Translations under genes and position numbers: made by a program
The notes under the pieces: model-generated
The model's input: the letters and a program-made list of their open reading frames with translations, nothing else
Database searches by the model: none
Told to the model about the DNA's origin: nothing
Part shown: in pieces, positions 25,901 through 35,705 of the stretch
Position numbering within the stretch: position 1 is the first letter of the stretch
Layout: every line of letters begins with the position of its first letter
Origin: Azolla caroliniana
Taxonomy: Eukaryota > Plantae > Polypodiophyta
Reading direction: 5' to 3'
DNA: 64,000 nt
NCBI GenBank assembly: GCA_043228905.1
Contig: JBHGNT010000002.1
Location: forward strand, 20,646,001-20,710,000

Positions 25901-28611
25901 AATCTTATCTTGATCTCCTGCAAGCTTTCTGATGATGACCCATCCGATCATATTGTTCAAATAGATTTTGATTATTAGAAACTACAATGTCTGCACAGTA
26001 ATCTCTCATATAGTTGCGGCATTCCATGTATGGCCTTACAGAGTTGTTAGGCTTTGTTTCATGAACTGAACTTTATAACCTAGTGACTACATGACAAAAT
26101 TGTTGATGTTCATCCAAGATCATAGATTCCATCTAAATGTTCAAGAGAGTAATTCAACATTCAGGTTGTAGACTGGTCAGCTCTAATTGCAACTTTTCTC
26201 CTTCATCAATGAACTGTAATGATCTTTGCTCATGCAATTTTCGAATGGCAAATTGTGATATCATTGCCATTTTTGCTCAATGAAAGTAGTATAAGTCAAG
26301 ATGCTGCTTTGAGAAACCACCTTACTGGGCCACAGTGTCAACTTCTGTTCATGGGACATCTGAAAGGATTGAAACCATGAAAGATTTAAGCTCATATTAA
26401 ATCAGAAACTGCTAGAGATTAGAAAACATATTAAAACCAAGAAACTAGAAAAAAACAGTCTCATAACGCTAATTTGTAAACATGGGAGGAAATAGGAAAA
26501 TATCCATTTTTCTAAAGTTTGATTAATCATCAACCATTAAGTTTTTATGGAATCTAAAACCAAATAGCTTATTTTCTCAGATCAAATCTGCAGTTCTATC
26601 TGTGTGGTCATCTCGATTAGTCTGGGCTCGGCAGAGTGAGATGTGGAAGGGAGATGCTCCATCTTTTTCACTAAGAAACATGCCTTACGAGTTGCTGAAT
26701 TATTTCGGAAGATCAGTTTTCAGTCCAGAGGTGACAGTTAAGAAAGATAGAGACACAACAGTGGAGGTATATCTTCTTGGTCATAAACATTTTCATTGAA
26801 TAATGCTGTAAAGGTTTGGATAATGAAACGAGTTTTTTTTCTTTCTTTTTTTCCAGATGACAGGAGCAAAGATAGAAGTTCACAAACATTTTCTGAAGCT
26901 TCAACAAAGCCATTTTAAATCTCGTGTACTAGGCCTAAACTCAACAGTGGAGCTGAGATTTAAAAATGGCCGAGAACCTGAGAAATATCTAACCATGGTA
27001 AGAAGGGGGAATAAGGTTGTCTTAGACCCTGATCGGTCATCAGAATCTTGTAATAGTAATTGTAGTGGCAAGCTACCCCAAGAAATAGACATAGATGTTA
27101 GCATGATCAGCAAAGTGCTAGTAGATAACAGTGATAATGCTGATGTGCAAAGAAAAAAGCTTGAAGATGTCTTGTATTTTCTCTTGTGCACCCCACCTGC
27201 ATGTCCACCTCACATCCTTGTTGCGTTGGGATGCTCTATAGAGAGTGTCGGAGTGAAACCTAAGTCATTTGATCTAGAAAAGGAGTTATTGGATGCGTGT
27301 AAAGGTCAACTCAACTCGAGCCAATTGAAAGCTTGGAATCACATGCTTTCAAACCCTCTTTCAGCAGTCATTGGACCACCAGGGACTGGAAAGACTACCT
27401 TAATTAAAGCGGTTGCAAAAGCATGGGAGCATCTGGGAGAGGCAGGGGAGACTCTCCTGTGTGTGGCACATCAAAATGTCGCCGTTAGGCACATGGCGGA
27501 GTCGATGGTGAAAGAGGGCATACCTGGGGTGCTTTTATTGATTAGTGAAGATTATTATGTGGATTGGCATGAGGACCATTACACACATGTCAAGGATTGT
27601 ATAGTAATTTCTGGACCTCAGACAGCGGCCGGGATGAAAACATGGGCATTTCGGAACAAGGTGACGGTGCCTAAAGTCATTCTATGTACGCTAGCTGTGA
27701 TAGGAAGTCAAGCTTTCTACACAGGGCTAATGGGTACGAAAGTGACTCACTTGATAATTGATGAATGCTCGCAAGCGGCTGAGGGTCACCTAATCTCTAA
27801 CTTGGTGTGCTTACCTCATCTACAAATGCTTAGTGTTCTTGGAGATCCCTCTCAACTTCCACCTTATGGAAAGCCGTTGCAAAGCGTATTTGACCTTGTC
27901 GCAGGCCAATGTGATATCAAATTCCTCCACCAACAATTCAGGATGCCAAATTGCATTGCAAAGTTTGTCTCAGAGGAGTTTTATCAAGGGAGGCTTGAAA
28001 CTGTTCAAAATGAAGCTCAAACAGGCCGAAGCTCGGTGCAAAAGCCATTGATTTGGGTGGCGGTTTCAGGTTTCCCGAGACAAGCTTCGGGCACCAAGAA
28101 GTCTCTATGCAATATTGCTGAGGCTGAAGCCATCGTTTCTTATTGCAAAGAATATAAGGCTAGGATGGATGCTGCAGGAATAGAGTTACATTACGGAAAG
28201 CTCATTGTGCTGTCACTTTATGAAGGGCAAAGGATAATGGTCACGAAGCTATTGAAGGAGAATGAGCTTGAGAAGATCCCGGTCTATAATGTTGATTCAT
28301 TTCAAGGTCAAGAGGCGGACGATGTGTTGATTTCTCTCGTGGTAGGGGACCGAGGTTCATCTTTTGCTGTTGATAGGAACCGGGCTTGTGTCTTGCTGTC
28401 TAGAGCAAAAAGACTCATGTACATCTTTGGTGATATTGAATCGGTAAAAGCCACCCGCCGAAGCCACAACCGCGTGGGTGTGGATAACATCTGGCGAAGC
28501 CTAGCAAACTATTGTGAGAAAAATCATTGGGTCGCAAATGAAGATGACCTTCGGGACATGGTCAGTTCGAATGTGAAAGCTGATGTTGAGTTTCGTGATC
28601 AGGGAGATTGA
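22836..28611 (+). CDS. Six-exon gene, about 1130 aa: presequence-like N-terminus, degenerate 3'-5' exonuclease-like domain and UPF1/DNA2-NAM7-like SF1B helicase
   Basis: Exons 22836-22931, 23683-24159, 24231-25030, 25112-25190, 26581-26766, 26857-28611. All introns are GT-AG with matching phases (0,0,2,0,0), giving 3393 nt with no internal stop. Helicase motifs GPPGTGKT, IIDECSQ, GDPSQLPP, QFRM, VDSFQGQE, NRACVLLSRAK. Confidence 0.85.
23683..24159 (+). CDS. Exon 2
   Basis: Acceptor TTTCTGTTTCAG, donor AAG|GTAATT, within ORF 23653..24213. Confidence 0.8.
24231..25030 (+). CDS. Exon 3 (start of exonuclease-like domain)
   Basis: Acceptor TTGTTGCAG, donor CAG|GTACTT. Contains FLGLVCKY and LSDENLVKVGPEIHKDALAL. 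Confidence 0.85.
25112..25190 (+). CDS. Exon 4
   Basis: Phase-2 entry, ELFNWDGLRRKRVIMSDWGSLLNLEQ, donor CAG|GTCTGT. Confidence 0.8.
26581..26766 (+). CDS. Exon 5
   Basis: Acceptor TTTTCTCAG, IKSAVLSVWSSR...TTVE, donor GAG|GTATAT. Confidence 0.8.
26857..28611 (+). CDS. Exon 6: UPF1-like SF1 helicase core (AAA_11/AAA_12-like)
   Basis: Long polypyrimidine acceptor (TTTTTTCCAG). 584-aa ORF with all SF1B motifs, Walker A at 27373-27396. Confidence 0.92.
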   Translation: MTGAKIEVHKHFLKLQQSHFKSRVLGLNSTVELRFKNGREPEKYLTMVRRGNKVVLDPDRSSESCNSNCSGKLPQEIDIDVSMISKVLVDNSDNADVQRKKLEDVLYFLLCTPPACPPHILVALGCSIESVGVKPKSFDLEKELLDACKGQLNSSQLKAWNHMLSNPLSAVIGPPGTGKTTLIKAVAKAWEHLGEAGETLLCVAHQNVAVRHMAESMVKEGIPGVLLLISEDYYVDWHEDHYTHVKDCIVISGPQTAAGMKTWAFRNKVTVPKVILCTLAVIGSQAFYTGLMGTKVTHLIIDECSQAAEGHLISNLVCLPHLQMLSVLGDPSQLPPYGKPLQSVFDLVAGQCDIKFLHQQFRMPNCIAKFVSEEFYQGRLETVQNEAQTGRSSVQKPLIWVAVSGFPRQASGTKKSLCNIAEAEAIVSYCKEYKARMDAAGIELHYGKLIVLSLYEGQRIMVTKLLKENELEKIPVYNVDSFQGQEADDVLISLVVGDRGSSFAVDRNRACVLLSRAKRLMYIFGDIESVKATRRSHNRVGVDNIWRSLANYCEKNHWVANEDDLRDMVSSNVKADVEFRDQGD

Positions 28612-29321
28612 GAGAATTCAATCTTTGTAGAGGTAAAGAATCTGTAATTTTTCGATTGCGGGTAAGGCTAGAGAATTTGGCATTCATGGGGATTATTCTG
28701 AATAAAATTTATATTCTCTGAAATCCCTGAGTGTCTGTTTATACACATAGCCTTTTGCGGCCATATTGAGCTCCTTATACAAGTTTGCGAAGATTTTGAT
28801 AATATCTTGTCACACCCATTAATTTTCTTTATAACACTTTCTTAAGCTTGAGACGAGTTTGAATAATTGCTCACAACGATGAACGTGTTTGTTATGCAGA
28901 GGTTTTATAAACTGTCTTAAAGCTGGTCTTACATTTGAATTATTTGTAAACAAAATCACAAATTTTGTGTTCTCAAATGTGATTTCAACCATCTGGGTTG
29001 GTTATTGATTTGTTTTTGGTATTGAAAGAAAAAAGATACACTGCAAATGATGCGGTTTGAGAGACATATGGAAAAGAGTGACAGGTGGACTGGGTAAACA
29101 TTCTGATCGGAACTTTTAGCTTCAATGTCCATCATAATATAATTTTTTGATTCGTTGGAAGTCTTAGAGCAAAAACTTGCATTGAAAATAGGCATCTGAT
29201 TTTTATGTGCATATTCAATGTTCAGTGCACCCATAAATCTGATAGATGGGTCTAGTCACTAGTGTGAATAATTGGTAAAGAATTATTGATATTAGATCCT
29301 ACAAAGTTCTCTTTAACATGA

Positions 29322-29539
29322 ACTGTTTACCCAAGACTAAATGTCAATGTATCTTCACATGAGATGTATTGGAACAAGAAAAACTAGAAACAATGTTGAT
29401 CATAGTTGCCAATTAGGAGTTGTTCATACCACTGTTTACCCAAGACTAAATGTCAATGTATCTTCACATGAGATGTATTGGAACAAGAAAAACTAGAAAC
29501 AATGTTGATCATAGTTGCCAATTAGGAGTTGTTCATACC
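29322..29539. repeat. Perfect 109-bp tandem duplication
   Basis: ACTGTTTACCCAAGAC...GTTCATACC at 29322-29430 and 29431-29539. Confidence 0.95.
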
Positions 29540-30543
29540 ATTCATATCATCAAGTGTTGTAAAAATAATGATATACATTGTGTCAAGGTGGAGGGGTTCC
29601 GAACTGTGAGAGATTTGGAAGATAAGAAAGGATGATCGTGGGCTTAGCCCAAAATCAAGTACTTCAAAATGGAAAATTAAGAGAGAATCTTAGGCTTTCA
29701 ATAGATTGATGATAAAAAAGAGTTAAATAAAGAAATACTAAAGTGGGTTGAGTAGAACCCTCAGTTTGTGAGAGGCATGATTACAAGCATATGGAGATTC
29801 AAATAAAAAGAAAGCTGCTATGCTTAGAAGAGTATGTCCTTTTGATTAGCACAAGAGGAAAGCTTCTATGCTTCACACATTTGATAATTATCTAAATTGT
29901 TTGTAGATTAGTTCCCTTGATAATTCTCACTTCACTTTTCTTAATGATTAGTGGACCATATAATCATCTAAGACATTTACCTTATATACCTTTAGGTTCT
30001 CTTCTCCCTTAAAGATAATTTAGAAGTCTCTCTTTTTAAATACTTAGGGTTTACTTGTAGCACTTGGTCTAGATTTGTTTTGAGTATCTTTCTGAAGATT
30101 TGAACCCTTCTCCAAACAATGGGCATTGTGAGCATTGTTCCAACGCATAAAGATGAGTCAAATAATAAGATGGGTTGGCTCAACAAGTATGGAATAAAGT
30201 TCTTTCGTTATTCTTAACAATCAATGTCGGCTGCCTATTTTCATGGGGATCAACAATGTGAGGAGTGTTACATTCCAGCATGATGCTGTATGAGGCAAAC
30301 GATGTTCAGAAGGCAATGACGGTACATAATAGAATATTGATATTAGTTATCCCCTTTCAGCAACCTCAAAAGCAAGTGCAATCTGTCCAAGTTTAGAAAA
30401 CAGTGACTACAGTAACGTTATAGGCATTATGGAAATGTCGATGTAACTGACTTTATGATGCAATAGATCTTCGTCTCTCAGATGTCTTACTGAGATATGG
30501 GAGAACTTGCTGGTAGTAGTCCATGGCCAGTATGACAATGTGC

Positions 30544-30976
30544 TATCATGATATGGCAAGATTCAAACCCATGACCTTATGCGACATGGGTCGAGCTCTT
30601 GACCATTAGACTATACATTATAATACGTAAAATATTATTTTCATTTATGTTTTATTATAGAAAATTGATATATATTCCAGATTTCTCTGGAACATTCTAG
30701 AAACTTCAGGAGTATTCCTTAGAACACTATAAAAGGAGGCACGAGGCATTATTTCGAACCAAATCGGTTCAACGCTAGTCTTAAGCCTCCTAGCTACTAC
30801 TGTACATTCTCTTCACATAATATATATATTTTCTTATCATCTCTCTCTCTCTCTCTCGATCTCTCTCTCCCTCCCTCTCACTCACTCTTTCCTTCTCTCG
30901 AGAGTTCTTCACCTCTCTTAGTACGAATACTTCTTTTAGTACTAATTCCTTCTCTGTCTTAGTATTGTTCCTGACA
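30544..30976 (+). mobile_element. Gypsy solo LTR with TSD
   Basis: TATCATGA...CCTGACA flanked by TGTGC on both sides, near-identical to 32091-32533. Confidence 0.88.
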
Positions 30977-31109
30977 TGTGCATGGTTCCCTAGAGACTAT
31001 GAACAAAAGAAGGAAGAAGCTTCTTCATGATACGTTTAGGATTGAAGACGAAACAAGAATGATAGGTTGAAAACACAAAATAGAGTAAATCCTTGACGTC
31101 GTATAGAAA

Positions 31110-32381
31110 ATCTCCAGTGAAGACACCGCCGAAATTGTCATGCGTGAAGTATGTCGGCATCATGGATTTCCCGATAGTATCGTCAGCGACCGTGGACCCC
31201 AGTTCGTGTCAAAATTCTGGAAGCACCTTTTTAAAATGCTCAAGGTCACTTGTAACCTCTCCTCCGGCTACCACCCACAAACCGACGGCCAAGCCGAACG
31301 AACAAATCAAACACTGGAGTAGTACCTGCGGTGCTTTCTCAGCTATCATCAGGATGACTGGGCAGATATTCTCCACTTTGCCGAATTTGCCTATAATAAC
31401 TCTATCCATGCATCGACTAAAGTTACGCCATTTTATGCTTATACGGGATGTCACCCCCGGTGGTGTGTACTTGAAACCCCAGAGGTGTCCACAAATCCTT
31501 GCGCGGAGGATCGTTTGGAGCGGTTACGCAAGATACAAGCGGATTTATCTACTCATCTCCAACAAGCTCAGCAAACACACAAGGTTTATACGGATTTTCA
31601 TTGACTCCCATCCAGTTTTAACATTGGAGATCGGGTATGGCTACTCCGACGACACATCAAGACTACTCACCCATGCGAGAAGTTGGATTATCGACGATTA
31701 GGTCCTTTCCGTATCATAGGAAAGATTAATGATGTCGCTTTTCGTCTCGATCTACCTCCACAACTTCGGATACATCCGGTGTTTCATTCCTTGAACCCTA
31801 TCAAGAGAGCACCATCCCAGGACGTATTACACAGCCTCCACCCCCGATCGAGCTTGAAGATGGACCTGAGTACGAGGTTGCCGCCATCCTTGATTCCAAG
31901 ATTGTTCGCAACAAGCTCTACTATCTAGTCGATTGGCTAGGATATAGCCCTAGTGCGCGTACTTGGGAACCGATAGAGAATGTCACCAATGCTCGTGCAC
32001 TTCTTGAAGACTTCCATCATCAATATCCAGACAAACCGGGTCCTCAATCCAAAACGACTTGTTACACTCGTCGTTTTAAAAGGGGGATAGTGTCATGATA
32101 TGGCAAGACTCGAACCCATGACCTTATGCTACATGGGTCGAGCTCTTGACCATTAGACTATACATTGTAATACATAGAATATTATTTTCATTTATGTTTT
32201 ATTATAGAAAATTGATGTATATTCCAAATTTCTCTGGAACATTCTAGAAACTTCAGGAGTATTCCTTAGAACACTATAAATGGAGGCACGAGGCATTATT
32301 TCGAACCAAATCGGTTCAACGCTAGTCTTAAGCCTCCTAGCTACTACTATACATTCTCTTCACATAATATATATCTTTTCT

Positions 32382-32430
<49 letters not shown>

Positions 32431-32533
32431 CCTCTCACCCACTCTTTCCTTCTCTCGAGAGTTCTTCACCTCTCTTAGTACTAATACTTCTTTTAGTACT
32501 AATTCCTTCTCTGTCTTAGTACTGTTCCTGACA
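31110..32533 (+). mobile_element. Ty3-gypsy chromovirus 3' part (integrase, chromodomain, PPT, 3' LTR 32091-32533)
   Basis: IVSDRGPQF, YHPQTDGQAER, GPFRI...IHPVFH, YEVAAILDS...YLVDWLGY...TWEP. PPT AAAAGGGGGATAG precedes TGTCATGA. Confidence 0.9.
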
Positions 32534-32659
32534 TGTGCATGGTTCCCTAGAGACTATGAACAAAAGAAGGAAGAAGCTTCTTCATGATACGTTTAGGACT
32601 GAAGACGAAACAAGAATGATAGGTTGAAAACACAAAATAGAGAAGAATTGATTGGAAAT

Positions 32660-33223
32660 GAAGCGCTTCCGAAAGCTACACCACTTTTTCAGCTTCGCAT
32701 ATGCGTAGGTAGTTGGTTGGGTAAAAATTGACCAAGCCGCAGATGCTTAACTGATTTAAGTTTCGAATGATCAGCCACACTGGGACTGAGACACGACCCA
32801 AACTCCATAGGGAGGCAACAATGGGGAATATTAGACAATGGGCGAAATCCCGATCCAACAATATCGTGTGAGTGAGTGAAAAACTTCGCCTTAGCGCGTA
32901 AGGGCAATGCTGCTTGTAAAGCTCTTTCGTCGAGTACGTGATTATGACAAGACTCGAAGAAGATGCCCCAGCTAACTCCGTGTTAGCAACCATGGTAAGA
33001 CGGGGGGGGGCAAGTGTTATTCGGAATGACTGGGCATAAAGGGCATGTAGGCAATGAATCAAGTTGAAAGTCAAAGGCGCCAGCTCAACTAGTGGAATGC
33101 GTTCAAAACCAATTTACTCGAGTGGGACAAAGGGGAGTGGAATTTCGTGTGTAGGGATAAAATCCGGAAATATACGAAGGAACGCCGACTCAGCGAATAC
33201 AATTTTTTGGGTCTCTACTAATG
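32660..33223 (+). rRNA. rrn18: Mitochondrial 18S rRNA fragment, decayed nuclear copy (NUMT), part 1
   Basis: GATCAGCCACACTGGGACTGAGACAC, CTTGTAAAGCTCTTTCGTCGAG and GGTAAGACGGGGGGGG..CAAGTGTT are plant-mitochondrial SSU signatures. Many G>A/C>T changes fall in invariant motifs. Confidence 0.88.
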
Positions 33224-33790
33224 TGTTAGGAAACAGGTCCCTATGGATGGGAAGAGAAGAGCCGAGTTGATGAGGAACTTGGCCGAGGTCGAAACCGAAA
33301 TCGTGTAGACAACCAACTCGAAAGACTAGTTTTAAATAGTCTAAATATGCCCTTATGGGCTACACTTGTAAATAACCCAAAAGGTGTACTAGTATATAAG
33401 TACTTAGGGCAATCATAATATTGTGTGTGATGGGCGATTGTCAAAAGGTTAATCCAAAGGTCATTGCCTCTGTAACTGTGTAACCGTAAGTGAGTGAGAG
33501 TGAGGGCGTGTGTAACTCTGTAGCCGTCTGTCGACGAAGTAGAATCTCGAGGTCGTTGCCTTGGAGCTTCTAGTTGCACTCCTCCTTTTTTTTGGCATAG
33601 TGATTCCGTTTCTCTGGGTTTGTGGACCCCCATGGTTTTTCCCATTTCGGGTTTCCACGTTAAAATCGTGTGTTTCTGTCTCTTGTGCTATTTTTGTTTT
33701 CGAACTTTGTCTTAGCGCATTCTATTTTACATTCCCTGCACTTGAACATCTGAACGAGCAGCTGGTTGTGGCCGGTCACGATTCTCAACA
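33224..33790 (+). mobile_element. Solo LTR (copia-type) inserted in the NUMT
   Basis: TGTTAGG...CTCAACA, TSD TAATG/TAACG. The rRNA is colinear across it. Confidence 0.9.
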
Positions 33791-34215
33791 TAACGCTGAG
33801 GTGCAAAAGCTTGGGGAGCAAACATGATTAGATAGTTTGGTAGTCCATGCCGGAAATGATGAGTGTTTGTCCTTGGTCCACAGATCAGGGGCCCATATAA
33901 TGCGTTAAACACTCCGCTTGAGGAGTACGGTCGCAAGATTGAAACTCAAAGGAATTGACGGGGGCCTGCACAAGCGGTGGAGCACGTGGTTTAATTCAAT
34001 ACAATGCGCAAAACCTTACCAACCCTTGATGTATGAACACGGACACATGAACACTTGACATATGAACTAGTGTGCTTGTCCTTAACGAGACGAAACGAAA
34101 ATTCATACAGGTGCTGCATGGCTGTTGTCAGCTCATGTCGTGAGACATTTTTGGTTAACAGTTCCCATAATGATCGAAACCCTCGTTTTGTGTTGCTAAG
34201 ATATGCTACACCTAG
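33791..34215 (+). rRNA. rrn18: Mitochondrial 18S rRNA fragment (NUMT), part 2
   Basis: GAAACTCAAAGGAATTGACGGGGGCCTGCACAAGCGGTGGAGC, ACAGGTGCTGCATGGCTGT, CGAAACCCTCGTTTTGTGTTGCT. Confidence 0.9.
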
Positions 34216-34219
34216 AGGA

Positions 34220-35151
34220 TCAATATCATGATTCACCCTCGGCAAGCAGTAACATAGAACATGGGTTGGCTTCCGATGAACTTGAGGTTCCGACGAGCAA
34301 GCCGGTGGTAAGAGAGTTGCTTCATCGGTACCTGCCCATGAATCTGTGTTCACAAGAGACTTTAAGTACACGGTACACAAGATTTACGTGGAAACCCTAA
34401 AATAGAGAAAACCACGGGGCAACAGATTTCACTATGAGACAAGATTAGAGAGATAGATTACAAAGCTTTTCAATGGTTAGCCAGGATTGATGACACTCGC
34501 TTTGTGTCGATGTTGCACTCAGTACACGGTACACAAGATTTACGTGGAAACCCTAAAATAGAGAAAACCATGGGGCAACAGATTTCACTATGAGACAAGT
34601 TTAGAGAGATAGATTACAAAGCTTTTCAAGATTACAAGGCTCAAATTACAGAAAATCCCTTCTTAGGGTTTTGGGAAGTTTCACAAAACTATGCCGCCAC
34701 TCACTCGTAATCACTCTCTTTCTCTTCTTTCTTATGTATCTCTTGAATCACACAATAATAATCTCTCTTAATAATCTTGCCCTAACTCCATATGTGTGTG
34801 TGTGTGTGTGTGAATAAGATATTATTATAATGTAATAATAATAATTAATCAACCGACAGGTCGACTTGACTATCCGACCCACAAGTCGACAATTTTGTCG
34901 ATCCGACTAACTGACTCCTATTGTCGACTAATTCGATCAATCCGACTAGTCAGCCTTGTCTTCGACCACCTGGTCGGTCTGACTTAGGTGACTCTATCTT
35001 CGACCTCTTCTCAATTCGGCTAACTGGTCGGTCCGACTCTTCGATCCCAACAATCTTCACTTCGGTTGACCCTCAATTCAGTCGACTCATTAGTCGATCC
35101 GTTAGAATTCGGCTACCGACTTCTCCCATTAGGAGGGACAAAATCCTAACA
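34220..35151 (-). mobile_element. LTR of the same family as 33224, 40870 and 56071 (left boundary uncertain)
   Basis: Shares TTTACGTGGAAACCC...AAAACCACGGGG and the terminus CCCATTAGGAGGGAC...CCTAACA. Internal 109-bp duplication at 34365-34473 and 34521-34629. Confidence 0.7.
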
Positions 35152-35492
35152 CTTCACTTATGGAAAAAGTTGCCTCCTGTTTACAGAATCAACTCAAGGG
35201 CCTCAATGGGACTATCGACTTCCATGGACCCTTTCTTTAATATTAGTAAATCATGGCAGTGTATATCAGCGAATTCCAACACCTTCTACAAAGTCCTATA
35301 TTTGGTCTTAGGATTATTATACTTCATTGTACATAAAAAGTTATAAGCTTTTGGGAAAACAAGTTCAAGTTGTAGCCTTTAGGCGTTTTTTCTTAATACT
35401 ATTGAAGAAAATCTTTGAAGAAAAAGAAAAGAAAAGAAAAGAAAGTAGCACTACTTTTACAATATACCACTACAAATAAAAAAAAAAGCATA

Positions 35493-35705
35493 ACAAACTT
35501 GCATACACTACAATGTTCATTACCCAAACCAATATCATACACCAATACCCAAATCAAATCAATTCATAACAAGCAAACTTGCATACACTACAATGTTGAT
35601 TACCCAAACCAATACCCAAGTAGCCAATATAGGAATCAAATCAATACATAAGCTTGCATACACTACAATGTTGATTACCCAAACCACTACCATAAACCAA
35701 TACCC
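35493..35705. repeat. About 75-80-bp tandem repeat, 3 copies
   Basis: CTTGCATACACTACAATGTT.ATTACCCAAACCA at 35498, 35578 and 35653. Confidence 0.85.

Noticed and set aside
26857-28611. Calling the helicase UPF1, SDE3 or DNA2
   Set aside because: No UPF1 CH zinc domain and no DNA2 nuclease/Fe-S domain. Only family-level motifs are shared, so no symbol is given.
32660-34215. Functional rRNA gene or bacterial contamination
   Set aside because: Partial, mutated in invariant positions and interrupted by an LTR with a TSD.
22836-34215. Functional link between the presequence-bearing gene and the nearby NUMT
   Set aside because: The gene has spliceosomal introns and no mitochondrial-genome features, so proximity is probably chance.
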